A stretch of 63,731 nucleotides of DNA, filler included, from Ministeria vibrans ATCC 50519 (taxonomy: Eukaryota; Protista; Filasterea): assembly GCA_943704425.1 (NCBI GenBank). It is 9 parts of 9 records of this genome, joined end to end, with 100 filler letters (N's around TTAATTAATTAA, not from the genome) between each part and the next. Parts side by side here need not be neighbours in the genome. Positions count along the whole stretch, not along the records: positions 50,869 to 54,754 come from CALSCP010002444.1; positions 54,855 to 56,301 come from CALSCP010001792.1; positions 56,402 to 58,253 come from CALSCP010000901.1; positions 58,354 to 59,430 come from CALSCP010000710.1; positions 59,531 to 62,399 come from CALSCP010000892.1; positions 62,500 to 63,731 come from CALSCP010001126.1; 3 more parts are not named here. One strand, written 5' to 3'. The position numbers were made by a program, and so were the translations under genes. Below the pieces are notes generated by a model. It did no database searches and was not told the DNA's origin. It saw only the letters and a program-made list of their open reading frames with translations. Shown here piece by piece: positions 52,024 to 63,731 of this stretch. Each line of letters begins with the position of its first letter. Within the stretch, counting starts at the first letter, position 1.

Positions 52024-52937
52024 TTTGCAACGCCAGGCAAGAGCAAGACAACGCCAAATAAGCCGAAGACGACAACGCCAAGCAAGAGCAAGACAACGCC
52101 AAATAAGCCGAAGACGACAACGCCAAGCAAGAGCAAGACAACGCCAAACAAGCCGAAGACGACAACGCCAGGCAAGAGCAAGACAACGCCAAACAAGCCG
52201 AAGACGACAACGCCAGGCAAGAGCAAGACAACGCCAAACAAGCCGAAGACGACAACGCCAAGCAAGAGCAAGACAACGCCAAACAAGCCGAAGACGACAA
52301 CGCCAAGCAAGAGCAAGACAACGCCAAACAAGCCGAAGACGACAACGCCAGGCAAGAGCAAGACAACGCCAAATAAGCCGAAGACGACAACGCCAAGCAA
52401 GAAGAGGAAGGCCTCTAGTGTGGCAGAGAGGAGTGCAAGCAAGCGGCGCAGGGCAGCATCTGGTGGTCCAGTGGTTTTTATGCCCAACCGCCTGCGCAGC
52501 ATCCGGGTGTGCAAATCACCAATAATACGATCATTGCCAAAAACAATGTCGTCGGAAACAGTGCCGGCGGAAGCAATGTCATCGGAAACAGTGCCGGCGG
52601 AAGCAATGTCGGCGGTAGCGTTTCCCGTGGAAGCGATGGCATTAATAGTGCGATGGTGAAAAAGGATGAACAAGGTGTGGGAGAAGAAGGGGGCGAGAAT
52701 ATGGAGGCCGATGGGGAGGAAGAGGAAGAGGACGAAGAAGAGAACGACGAAGAGGAAGAAGAGGGGGACGACGAAGAGGAAGAGGACGAAGAGGACGACG
52801 AAGAGGACGACGAAGAGGAAGGAGAGGACAACGACGAAGAGGACAAAGAGGATGACAATAATGCGGACGATGGTGGCGCTGGCGAAGGCTGTGCGACAAT
52901 GTGTATGTTGCCGCCTATGGCACCGGCAGTGTGTTGA
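52024..52937 (+). CDS. Low-complexity exon: 8x TP(G/S)KSKTTPNKPKTT repeat, basic patch, GNSAGGS repeats and acidic tail; probable frameshift near 52475
   Basis: Follows acceptor TTGTAG. The repeat is open in the TPNK frame and continues TPSKKRKASS. The acidic part is in another frame (ORF 52509-52937). Confidence 0.45.
52029..52400. repeat. 45-bp tandem repeat, 8 full copies plus a partial
   Basis: Unit AACGCCA(G/A)GCAAGAGCAAGACAACGCCAAA(C/T)AAGCCGAAGACGAC. Confidence 0.97.
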
Positions 52938-53010
52938 ACAAAAATAAAAAATTAATACGTGGGAAATTTTATTTGCTTTCTCATTCATACTCGCCCTTTA
53001 TCGGGCACAC

Positions 53011-54280
53011 TTAATGCATACTTCCGCCGGCAATGCTTCCACCGGCACTGTTTCCGATGACATTGCTTCCGCCAGCAGTGTTTCCGACGACATTTATACG
53101 ACCCCGTCGTGAAGCAGAACTGGGAGTAGGGTCCTCAGTGTTCCTAGGCGGCGACTTCGGCGACGTGCTTCCAGCCTTGGGTATCATTTTGCGGTGGATG
53201 CAAAAGCGGATTATGTCAAGCATAATAATAGCAGCGTCGCGAGCCGCTGGGTAATACATGACCTTGCGGCAACGACTAAAAAACAAGATAACGTTAGAAG
53301 CAGAACAAGGAATTGTTTCTTACCCTAGCTAGGTTGCATCTTTCGAAAACCTCGGCTCAAATTCGCGTTGGTCAAGGACCCGTGATTTGAAAGCCACCAA
53401 TGCGGCATCATAAATATTAGCGTTTGCTGTGTCATCCATGAATGAGGGCCCAGCGTCGGTCACGCCTTTAACAACGGGGAGCGTCTGTATCTTGAACAAT
53501 TCCGCAGTGTAAAAGAAGCCATATGCTTCCATATCCTAGCTAGCCTAGGGCGTAGCCAGTTTCCATTCTGGCAACTTCACCTATCACCGCATGAGCGTCC
53601 TCACGAACCTATATATAGATATATACATATAGATCATTATTACTTTCTAACAAAGCATTTATCATACCGCTGAACAAGTGATAAAGGTAGCCTTCTGGGC
53701 ATTTTTCGGAGACGGGGGTGGATGTTGACGATCATGTTTGCACCATTCTTCGCTCTTGATCGGACACTCTTTAAGGAAGGCCGAGAACTTTTCAAAATCC
53801 ATGCCAATACTAGCAGACTTTTCATCTGCCTCCGCTAAGTCCTTTGAGCCATCCCCAAAATCCTGAGAAAGAAAAAAAAAAATTGCTACAAAAAAAAAAT
53901 AAAAAATAAGAGAATCAAACCTGACAGAGTCATAAAACTGGGCAGAGGTGCCAATGGCGGTTTGGCCAAGTTTACGCCCGGCACACACGCCGGCCATGCC
54001 AATGACATCAAAATTGAACTGCTGAATAAAAGCGGCTGTCGCGGCGGCTGCAGCAACGGGGCCTTGCACGTTGCCCATAGTTATTAGTTGCAACAAATAT
54101 TTCAGCGTCGGGCAAGCCTGACAGGCGACAAGTGTCCATGACTCCATGTGCTTCGGGCCATCGATTTTTTCTTTTGTCAAACCAATATACTGTTAGCGAC
54201 CTCCAAAAAGCGATTATATTCATCCTCCTTGACGCAAACAATGCCAATGGAGAGCATATTGCAACGTTTATTTCTGGAAT
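53011..54280 (-). pseudogene. Nucleoside phosphorylase / MTA-SAH nucleosidase (PNP_UDP_1-like) gene with disablements
   Basis: QGPVAAA..FDVIGMAGVCAG, DMEAYGF, VVKGVTDAG, YPAARDAA. In-frame TAG near 53330 and a stop plus frameshift near 53540. Confidence 0.7.
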
Positions 54281-54597
54281 AGGCTTGACAAAATATAAAT
54301 AAAAACTGTTGATCGATTCTTTATTAATTTATTTCTTTTCTTCACAATATAGACGACTCAAATGTTCACTTGTTCTGAGTGAGTTGTTCAGAACAAAATT
54401 CAAAAAAACAGAAAAAATTAAAAAGTTTTTTTGAATTTTGTTCTGTTTCTGTAACAAATCGCGCGCTTCTCAACAATCAAAGTAAGAATACAATCTTGAT
54501 CTATCAAGGGTATGTATGTGGTTGTTTGGAAAGTTTGGTGCCGCGGACAAAAAAACTACGAGCACCCCTCGAGATTCGTCATATTTCCGGGTGTTGC

Positions 54598-54754
54598 ATG
54601 GTTTCAAGGGTTGTATATGTTGTATTAATAGTATTGGTGGTAACGGTGACGGTCGGCGAATGCTCAAACGGCCGAGATCTATCCGAACGCTACGAAAACA
54701 TCGTCAAAGACTTCAACTTTGGCACTCTTCTGCGTGTCAATCCCGCCGAAGACT
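54598..54754 (+). CDS. Start of a secreted protein (signal peptide), truncated by spacer
   Basis: MVSRVVYVVLIVLVVTVTVGECS... Confidence 0.5.
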
Positions 54755-55086
54755 NNNNNNNNNNNNNNNNNNNNNNNNNNNNNNNNNNNNNNNNNNNNTT
54801 AATTAATTAANNNNNNNNNNNNNNNNNNNNNNNNNNNNNNNNNNNNNNNNNNNNTTTTTTTTTTTTTTTTTTTTTTTTTTGTCTGCTCTTGTTCCACCGA
54901 GCTCGTTACCGCGCCGCCCACCCCCTCCCCCCCGACGGTGTGTCTTTGCTCTAATGCCATTTTCGACGTGGCCCTGGGCTCAGTGTAGCTGTTTTGCAGT
55001 TCCAAAATGCTCTTTTCACTGACCATTCATTTCCTCTCTCTCTCTCTCTCATTTTCTACCTCTCGTCGATCCTTTGCCTCTCAGAC

Positions 55087-55634
55087 ATGCCTGCTTCCAA
55101 GAAGTCCGTAAGTTACCTTGAAACAAGACGAATCGAGCAGTGGAGAGGACTGAATATAACCATCATCTTTTTTTTTTTTCTCCTTTTGTTGTACGGATAG
55201 GCTAAGAAGTCGACAGAGAGCATTGCCTCGCGTTTGGCGCTCGTCATGAAGAGCGGCAAGTACACCCTTGGCTACAAGTCGACCCTCAAGACTCTCCGAG
55301 GTGGCAAGGTACGACGACAGAGAGAGAAACAGATGAGATGAGAGGACGCGACATCTTACTTTGTGACTTGGGTTTTGTAGTCCAAGCTGGTGATCATCTC
55401 TGCAAACTGCCCCCCGGTGCGCAAGTCCGAGATTGAGTACTACGCTATGCTCTCGAAGACCACCGTCCACCACTTCTCTGGCAACAACATTGAGCTTGGC
55501 ACGTCGTGCGGCAAGTACTTCCGTGTTGGTGTTCTCAGGTACGTTGTTTGCAAATATATGTGTCGTCGTTGATAGTTTCCCGTAGCATCACTGACCCGGG
55601 TGACTCGGACATCATTGCGACCGAGACCGAGTAA
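55087..55634 (+). CDS. RPL30: 60S ribosomal protein eL30, 4 exons
   Basis: [76 protein letters not shown]. Confidence 0.98.
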
Positions 55635-56037
55635 AAATGTTCAAAATACACAAGAGACCCCCAAACTAAATCACTACCCAGGAATGATTTATATTGCAAT
55701 TTTTCGCTGTTTCCGCTTAATTTTCCTTCTTCATTCTGAATTATTCTTACCTAGTAAGCGACTGGCATCAATAATTCAACTTGGTCAATGGGTTTTTGTT
55801 TGATGAGTCGTGTCTATAGTTAAAAGTGTATCTTTGTTTATTCAGAAACCGTATCGATTGCATTATTTTGATGATTCTTTGTCATTTCGACTCATTTCCA
55901 CATTCGACTTACTGTCTCATGTCTGTGCAAGGTGTCGACTGCTGTCACCTCTTGTTTGTGATACATTTGATGAATTGAATTTCCAAATTTTTCGAATAAA
56001 ATATAAATCAAAAAAATTCACACTTCATATTACAAAC

Positions 56038-56258
56038 ATGTCTTCAATCGTCCGCTCATCTAAATTCCGTCACGTCTTTGGCAAGGCCAGGTAACAGCTC
56101 AGACGCTTGAGAAACGAAAAAAGAGAAGAAAAAAAAACAAAAAAAAACAAAAAGGACTGACAAACAAAAATGGGAATAGCCAACGCCAAGACTGCTACGA
56201 TGGCCTGCGCATTACACGCAACGCATGGGATCGCGACTTCTGCGCCGTCAACCCAAAG
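56038..56258 (+). CDS. CORO: Coronin N-terminus, truncated
   Basis: MSSIVRSSKFRHVFGK..CYDGLRITRNAWDRDFCAVNPK. Confidence 0.93.
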
Positions 56259-56874
56259 GTATCACTCCTGAACTCTCTTCGCTTTGCTCTTTTTTTTTTT
56301 TNNNNNNNNNNNNNNNNNNNNNNNNNNNNNNNNNNNNNNNNNNNNTTAATTAATTAANNNNNNNNNNNNNNNNNNNNNNNNNNNNNNNNNNNNNNNNNNN
56401 NGTGGCGGTGTGGGAACGAGTGGCAACGTGAGCCACGAGAGCTCTACTACATACGAACCTCAGCCTCTAATCGGCTCACAGTATCGCTCTGCAGCGCTTG
56501 ATGCTTGCGAGAGTATGCGGATGCCATGGAATAAAGAAAGAGTGACTGACAGTTTGCTGGTTGTGTGAGTTTGAGTGTGACTGAATGTGAAATGAAAAAT
56601 GCCAAGTTCAGTCAGTAGCTGTCTAAGAAGGTGAGTGTGAGTTCAAGTTGTGCGTCTGAATAACCGGTGCCACTTGCACGCGTAAAACTTGTATGAGTTT
56701 GTATGCCCCTCTCGACTCTCGTCGTGTGTGCAGAATAAATGGACCAATGTTGTCTATGAGTGGATTGTCGTGGAGTCGCTGGGTGCACATTGCAGCTTTG
56801 CAAAACATTCATTTGGTTCATTGCAAGCCGCCCTTGAAGGGCTTTAACGGGCTTAGCCTATACTTTGACGATTG

Positions 56875-58200
56875 TTATTCAATGCGAGGGATTGATAACA
56901 AAAAGTCTTTGACAGCTCGATTGAATTCGGAGGCGTAGCGCATATGGATGTTATGCTTGCCGGCAGGATAGGAAACATACTGGAGGGATTTGGCCAGGGT
57001 GAGTCCCTGGCGGAAACGGTCCACGTGAGACTGGGTAACCATTGGGTCAAGATCGCCGTGGAGCAGGAGAACGGGGCAGGTGACGCGCGTGAGGTGGGAT
57101 CGACAGACATTGCCATTGTCCGTGCGCTGCAGCTCCTCCATTGTACGATTCCATTCACTCCACATTTGCTGAAGGAGATCTATACCATAGAGTTCTTCGA
57201 GAGGAGCGCGCATGCGCGGGCTCCACTTTTGAATATCTTCTGTCGCCTGCAACCGTCGAGTGCAATCAATACAATACAAGAGGGTCTCCTTCTGTGACGA
57301 CAGTGCATTCGTACCTGCCAGGATGGAAGGTCTTCCTTCTCGACCGTCGAGTTACCGCCCCACATGACGACGCTTTCGATGCGAGCGGGCTCCTTGGCGG
57401 CGGCAATGACGGCTGAGTTGGCGCCGTCACTCCATCCGGCGACGGTAAAGCTTTGTGCATCGACCGCATCGGCAACCTCGACGGCGTCTGCTGCGTCGTC
57501 GTCGTAGAAGGTCCGAGAGAACGAACGATTGGGTGGACGGGACAGACCGTAGCCGCGGGGATCAAACGAAATCTAGCGAGAGCAGCGAGGGGGGTTGAGG
57601 GAGTCGCGGACGTTGACGCTGCTCCGTCGCATACCAGATCAAAATGCGCTTGAAGCTGTGGATCATTTAGCTGTGGTGAGAAGTCGCTCATGGCTGTACC
57701 AAGAGCCCCAGGGCTGAGACGCACAATTCAATTCATCAGAACCAAAGACTGTGTATATATAAAAAATTTAATATGTTATTGTTACATGAAAACGATTTTT
57801 CGACCAGCAGGGTTGCCTGCACGAACAATGTGAAGACCCGACTTTGACACTAAAGTTCGCAACATGAGAGTAAAGAGTAAAAGACGTAAATATATATATG
57901 TCCAATATGTGTGTGTGTGTGAATAATTGATGTCGATTTTACATAATTATAAATAGAACGATCATGATAAAAATATACACAAGGGAGAAAAAAGAAAAGA
58001 GCGACAAAAGGTGAATGAATGAATGCAAAACAACGGTTTTCACGTTTGATTTTCAATATTCACTATTCGGGGAACAATGAACATGCAATTTCGATTCCGT
58101 ATCAAAGGAAGCGTGAAGGAAGTTTGTACATTCATCAACATAAGAATTATAATCATTATACATTATTCGACGGTATGGCGAAAGGACATCGTGCAACTCC
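56875..58200 (-). CDS. BPHL: Alpha/beta hydrolase, valacyclovir hydrolase (BPHL)-like; 5' limit uncertain
   Basis: PGALGTAMSDFSPQL, DPRGYG, GWSDG nucleophile motif, MWGGNS, WSPRMRAPLEELYG, LLLHGDLDP, GKHNIHMRYASEFN. Confidence 0.88.
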
Positions 58201-58773
58201 CGCCATTGGGTGTCTGTAGGACAAACGTGGCGTTGAGAGTAAGTTGAGTGGGGNNNNNNNNNNNNNNNNNNNNNNNNNNNNNNNNNNNNNNNNNNNNTTA
58301 ATTAATTAANNNNNNNNNNNNNNNNNNNNNNNNNNNNNNNNNNNNNNNNNNNNGGGGGGGGGGAGGGCGGGTTAAGCGAATCACATCGCATTGTTTGCGA
58401 TTGCGTACTCATTCAGACGAAAAATAAAAGTGATAAAACTGTGTGAAACTGTCTTTAATCAAGAGTCTTGATTAAACTGCTCTAGTCTCTAGAGCCTAAC
58501 TCAGACTAAGTGACTAACTCAGACTTGAGACTACCCAGACTAGAACTGGGTTGCTTATTCACGATTATACGTTTAGTGAATTGAACTCTCTGACCTCTAA
58601 AAAGTCCGCAAAATGTATTTCCTTTCGTTTGCAACATTGGTTTCTTTTGTTACGTTTCTTCTCCTTCCTGATTCCCGAGACTCGAGAGACAAAAACAATT
58701 CATAGGATTTTACAGTACACTCTCGAAGGACCAATGTTTGAAGTGTGCAGCACTCAGCCACTCACAAACACAG

Positions 58774-59430
58774 TTAAAGTGACATGGACGATGTATCGGT
58801 TGCTGTGGTGGTCGTGGTGACGGTTGCTGCTGCTGCTGCGGCGGCGCGCGGGCGCTTGTGGTCGGGCGCGCCCATTCCAGACGCCATTTCAGCCTCACGA
58901 TGCGAGTACGGTTCATCCTTGAGCTGTTTCAACCTGTGAAGGGATACAAATCCATCAGGAGTGGGAAGGCACAGACACAGATACTAGTCCAGCACGAGGT
59001 GCGCCTTGCCCGCGTGGAGTCCGATTGGATAGGCAGCATGGGCAAAGGGCAGTGTGAGTGTCGCAACACAAAAACCCTTACCTCCGCTTGTGGACACCGC
59101 CTTTGCGGTGTGTCTCGATGGCAGTCTCGTCTGTAAAGTACTTGGCACACTCGACGCAGTAGTGCTGGCCGAGTCCCGGCAAGTCAATGTTGATGGGTTG
59201 CGTCTCGAGCTTGGCACGCGTGTCGGGTTTGAGGTCGTCGTGGATCTGGTCCAAATGTAACGGAGGAGAGGGAGGGGAAGCGGACAGGCAGCTGTCAGTC
59301 GATGCATGTCAATGGGGATACAGGGGATGGCGCAGAGGAAGGGGACGGGCTGTGCAGCGAGAAAAGTCAAAGAGGAATGCGTATCTTTCTGTCGACGTGA
59401 TCCCTTCATCCGTCTTCTGATTGTGCGATC
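58774..59430 (-). CDS. ZNF593: BUD20/ZNF593 C2H2 ribosome-biogenesis factor, 5' truncated
   Basis: RRQKD|LDQIHDDL..DLPGLGQHYCVECAKYF..HRKGGVHKRR|LKDEPYSHREAEMASGMG. Confidence 0.93.
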
Positions 59431-59585
59431 NNNNNNNNNNNNNNNNNNNNNNNNNNNNNNNNNNNNNNNNNNNNTTAATTAATTAANNNNNNNNNNNNNN
59501 NNNNNNNNNNNNNNNNNNNNNNNNNNNNNNGAGAGAGAGAGAGAGAGAGAGAAACAAAGTGATAGAGAGAGAGAGAGAAACAAAG

Positions 59586-59675
<90 letters not shown>

Positions 59676-59900
59676 GCTGAGGAAGTGTACGAAGTATTTT
59701 GAAGAGGAGCGTGTGTGGAGAGTCATAAATAAAATAATGCCTTTTTTGTTTCTTAAAAAATCGATTAAGAAGATAAGAGAATAGAGAGCTGTACTCACTG
59801 TCAAAACGAGATATTTGATAACGATGTCTCCGTCTATTTTTTTTTTTTTTGTACAAGAATCAACTATTCATTCAGTAAGTCCACACTCGCACACAGAAAG

Positions 59901-60296
59901 TCAGTCGGTCTCCGAACTCCTCTCACTCTGCGCACGCCTCGCGCGCTCTTCGACCTTTCTTCTGGCACGCTCACGGGACTCCTCAATGGTCTTTGGGAAG
60001 GTCTGAGAGTGGTCAAGGAGGACGTTGGAAGTGAGTGTGAGAAAGAGAGTGAGAGAGAGAGCGAACAATGTTCGTCGATTTCATACCTTTCGCGTTTCGC
60101 CGTCACCGTACACCTCCTGCTCAATAGGCGCCACGTATTTGTTATAAAATGCAGGCCGGCTGGTGAACCAGTACGCGGCAATCGGCAGAAGGATGTAGAA
60201 TCCAAACTACGAGTTTTCATGAGACAATCGCTCTCTCTCTTCTCTCTCTCTCTCTCTCATTCCTACACGCGAAATTTCAAGGTCACCCGGCCGCAT
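59901..60296 (-). CDS. PET100: PET100-like cytochrome c oxidase assembly factor, 3 exons
   Basis: Spliced MRPGDLEISR|FGFYILLPIAAYWFTSRPAFYNKYV..K|TFPKTIEESRERARRK..*. The LExxRFxxYxxxP motif plus one TM helix fits PET100. Confidence 0.7.
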
Positions 60297-60484
60297 TATC
60301 AAATGGCCTTATTGGTCACTGTGAGAAGACGGAAGTAGTCTGTAAAGTCAGTGAAACAAAGTTTGACTTGTATTTTGTAAGTTGTAACATCAAACATGAC
60401 TTGAAACCATGTCCGACAACAGACGTATGTCTAAATGATAAAATAATAGTTCATATAATCATATTCAGTATTCACATTTCACAA

Positions 60485-61559
60485 ATGTTTTGTTCGAAGA
60501 CTGTCCCCAATGTGACAGTAGAGCGACACATCCGCCCACAAGGTGGTTGGAGTGTCGAGGTAACGAACGGACAGCTTGACACTCAACGCAATCTCATTTT
60601 TCTCTTCAGCGTCTCGCAGAGGTTGTTAGCGAGTCCACACTCGCGCGAGATAGACTACAGCGTGAATTCAATGATAAATTTGATGATGCTATGGCAAGGT
60701 GTGGCCTGAGAGATCGCAGGGCGCTGTTTCGTTGTTTTTGAAACTTCTCGTTCATATTCAGACGTCAAAGGAAAATCGAATCTGCGCGCACTGACGACTC
60801 CAACGCGCTCGTCGCCAGTATCGTAAGGAGAATATTATAGTAGGATGATACTTTTGACTGAAGCGAGCGGGTGTGCGCGTGCTCTCTAGGCGGACGAGGC
60901 TGGGCGTGTCGGTGAAGGCGCAGTCGGAGTGGGACGGCACACCCGCGCCACTGTCTCCGTCGACGGCACGTACGACCGAGCCAGTGTGATGCTGGCTGAA
61001 GCATCCTCGACGACAGTAGATTACGATGAAGCTAGAATATTCCGCACGCGATCCGCACAGGTACTATCATAGTCCAAGACAATACGTATCGTACAGACAA
61101 ACCAAACCGTAAACAATACGTATCATACGTCTTGCGTTCCTTCTCAGGTGTTGGCGTCCAGCCAGTTGGCTCGTGATGCTCTTCTTACGCGCAAAGTTAA
61201 GTCGTCGGGTGGAAATGAGGAGAGTGACACGAAAGTGAATGGGAGTACAGCAGCGGCACATGCACGGCGGACTGCTCAGCAAGAGAGAGTCGCGCGTGAA
61301 CTCGCTCGATTCGACACCGCCAACGCTGCATGGGCGACCACCACCTTTGGTAGAGGCAACGCACCGACATCAGCGTCGCCAAAGACGACAATGGACTGTG
61401 GTGAAGGGAGATGGGAGACGGAAAGGAGAGTCAAGGGGCCACCCTTCGCGGTGGAGCACATTGTGGCTCAATCTGGCTCAAACCCCTCCGTGCATGATCG
61501 ACAGTTGCCCGCACATAGACTTCATACTGCCCGCACCGTCTACAGTGAAGGTACTAATG

Positions 61560-61654
<95 letters not shown>

Positions 61655-61860
61655 GTTTATTTATTCGATACCTTTTCTTTCTTAGCCAGTCGCAGTGCTG
61701 TCCGGACGCGCGACGAAGAAATGATTCACCAGCGTCGCTTGCAGGAGCTTGGAAGAAGTCGAGAAGTGCAAGTAAGGACTAGTTACTTTACCTTGATTGA
61801 CCATTGGCATAAATGACAACCCTTCTCTTTAGCGAAGCAAGGAGGAGCAAAGAGAGTAGC
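60485..61860 (+). CDS. Hypothetical multi-exon protein
   Basis: GC-rich exon-like blocks with GT-AG borders (e.g. RSAQ|VLASSQLARD). No family recognised and limits are uncertain. Confidence 0.35.
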
Positions 61861-61956
61861 TTGTAAATAAATAGAAGCTGTAGAATAATGAATCATCATA
61901 ATATTGAAAAAATAGTAATAAATAAAATAATTATTATTATTAAATTTTTTTTATCA

Positions 61957-62087
61957 ATGTCACGCTTAGTGTTGGCTACGCTTGCCACCCTCCTGGCGGT
62001 GGGCAGCCGTGCGCAGACGGTGAACATTGACAACGTCGTCCAAACGGATCCGCGCGGATTCTGTCCAAACCCCGTGAGCGGCGGCGG
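61957..62087 (+). CDS. First exon of a secreted or membrane protein
   Basis: MSRLVLATLATLLAVGSRAQ signal peptide followed by a GTAAG donor. Confidence 0.6.
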
Positions 62088-62534
62088 GTAAGCGCAGCCC
62101 CTTGCAGCATGCTCCTCTTCCACATCTCCACCCCGTCTCATGAGACATTGTCTGCTGTTTTTGTTTTCTTGTTTTGTTCTTTCACTTGTTGACATCAAAC
62201 ACACACACAAAAAAAAGGACAAGCGATGGCGTTTCTTGTTTTGCGCTCGCTCTTCCTCTCTCGCTCTCTCTCGTTGTCTAGCACTCGGCCGTGGCGCGCA
62301 GAGTGCTCAAAAGGAGACCGCTCCCGCAGCTCGTGTCGTGGAAAGCCCGCTGTGTGTCAATAAGTGTCAGTCCGAGTCGAGCGTTTTTTTTTTTTTTTTN
62401 NNNNNNNNNNNNNNNNNNNNNNNNNNNNNNNNNNNNNNNNNNNTTAATTAATTAANNNNNNNNNNNNNNNNNNNNNNNNNNNNNNNNNNNNNNNNNNNNT
62501 TTTTTTGACTCTTGTTATCGTTTTATGCTTCCAG

Positions 62535-63431
62535 CGAGCCCATTGTGATCAAGAACATCCCGCGCCTTGTGCCTGGCTGGACCAAGTCGATTGTCATTGG
62601 CCGCCATGCCTTCGGCGACCAGGTAGGCGCGATGCTTGTGCAGAGAGAGTGAGACTGAACGCTCTTTGTGTGTGTGTGTGCAGTACAAAGCGACGGACTT
62701 TGTTGCGACGTGTGCCGGCAAGTTTGAGATGAAGTTCACGCCTGCGGACGGCAGCGAGGCGACCACCTTCAACGTCTTTGATTTCCCCTCGGCGGGCGGT
62801 GTTGGCATGGGCATGTACAACACGACGGAGAGCATCACGGGCTTTGCGCATGCCTGCATGCAGGTACGGTCGCTTAGGGCGTGTGCGGCGTTGACCCATG
62901 CGCGTGTAGGTTGCGCTGACCAAGGGATGGCCTCTCTACCTGTCCACCAAGAACACCATTCTCAAGAAGGTACCACCAAAATCTTCCCAAAATCCTTTAC
63001 AATTGCTAACTAATTTTGTATTGTTTTATTCTGTGGTTTAGTACGATGGTCAGTTCAAGGACATTTTCCAGGACGTTTTTGAGAAGAACTACAAGCAGCA
63101 GTTTGACGACGTAATAAGCACAAGAAAAGCCTTTCAACACTGAACCGTTGTGTGTGTGTGTGTGTGTGTTTTCAGGCGAAAATCTGGTACGAGCACCGTC
63201 TGATTGACGACATGGTCGCATTTGCTCTGAAGAACGAAGGAGCATTTGTGTGGGCGTGCAAGAACTACGATGGAGATGTGCAGTCGGACACACTCGCACA
63301 GGTAAGATAGAGGGACGCGCAAAGAGAAGACTTAGAGAGAGTGTGTGACTTGAGTGTCGTTGTGTAGGGTTACGGCTCTCTTGGCCTTATGACCTCCGTG
63401 TTGGTCACACCCGATGGAAAGACTGTCGAAG

Positions 63432-63466
<35 letters not shown>

Positions 63467-63585
63467 TGACTAATCGTGTGTTGCGGGATGTGCAGCTGAG
63501 GCGGCACACGGCACAGTCACCCGCCACTACCGCATGCACCAGCAGGGCAAGGAGACCAGCACCAACCCTATTGCGTCTATCTTTG
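62535..63585 (+). CDS. IDH: NADP-dependent isocitrate dehydrogenase, internal exons
   Basis: [83 protein letters not shown]. Confidence 0.98.
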
Positions 63586-63676
63586 GTACCACCACTCACT
63601 GCCAACCACATGTTTCCTTTCTTTTTTTTGTCTCTCTATCACTTTGTTTCTTTTCCTCTCTATCACTTTGTTTCTT

Positions 63677-63731
<55 letters not shown>

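Noticed and set aside
52029-52418. CAA-to-TAA changes suggesting TAA/TAG=Gln recoding or RIP in the QEQDNAKQAEDD frame
   Set aside because: The same C/T change is synonymous in the open TPNKPKTT frame, and other genes here (RSPH14, RPL30, MRPS7) end in TAA normally.
51839-52988. Hydrophobic minus-strand ORFs (LALSCSC / GVVVFGLF repeats)
   Set aside because: They are antisense shadows of the 45-bp repeat and the acidic tract.
54855-63731. Functional clustering of RPL30, coronin, BPHL, BUD20, PET100 and IDH
   Set aside because: Most are on different contigs joined by artificial spacers.

Overview
Intron-rich, gene-dense eukaryotic nuclear DNA. Flagellar genes (RSPH14, LRRC56) and DENND5, FCHO, SNRK and PLC-delta homologues with microsatellite-filled GT-AG introns suggest a flagellated unicellular relative of animals, possibly a choanoflagellate (inference). 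The window is not one molecule: eight artificial 100-nt N/TTAATTAATTAA/N spacers join nine contigs, so adjacency across spacers is meaningless. About 25 genes are recognisable by eye from spliced translations. Gene names come from remembered family motifs, not database searches, and multi-exon coordinates are gene spans. The most striking feature is an 88-bp tandem array at 20437-21730. Each unit reads as polypyrimidine-YAG | variable triplet | GTAAG, i.e. 15 candidate 3-nt micro-exons separated by near-identical introns, with variation concentrated in the triplet. Other highlights are a Gti1/Pac2 (WOPR) transcription factor outside fungi, an AT-AC intron without U12 consensus in BUD20/ZNF593, an RNF168-like ligase, and a sulfatase fragment lying antisense inside an Obg GTPase intron.
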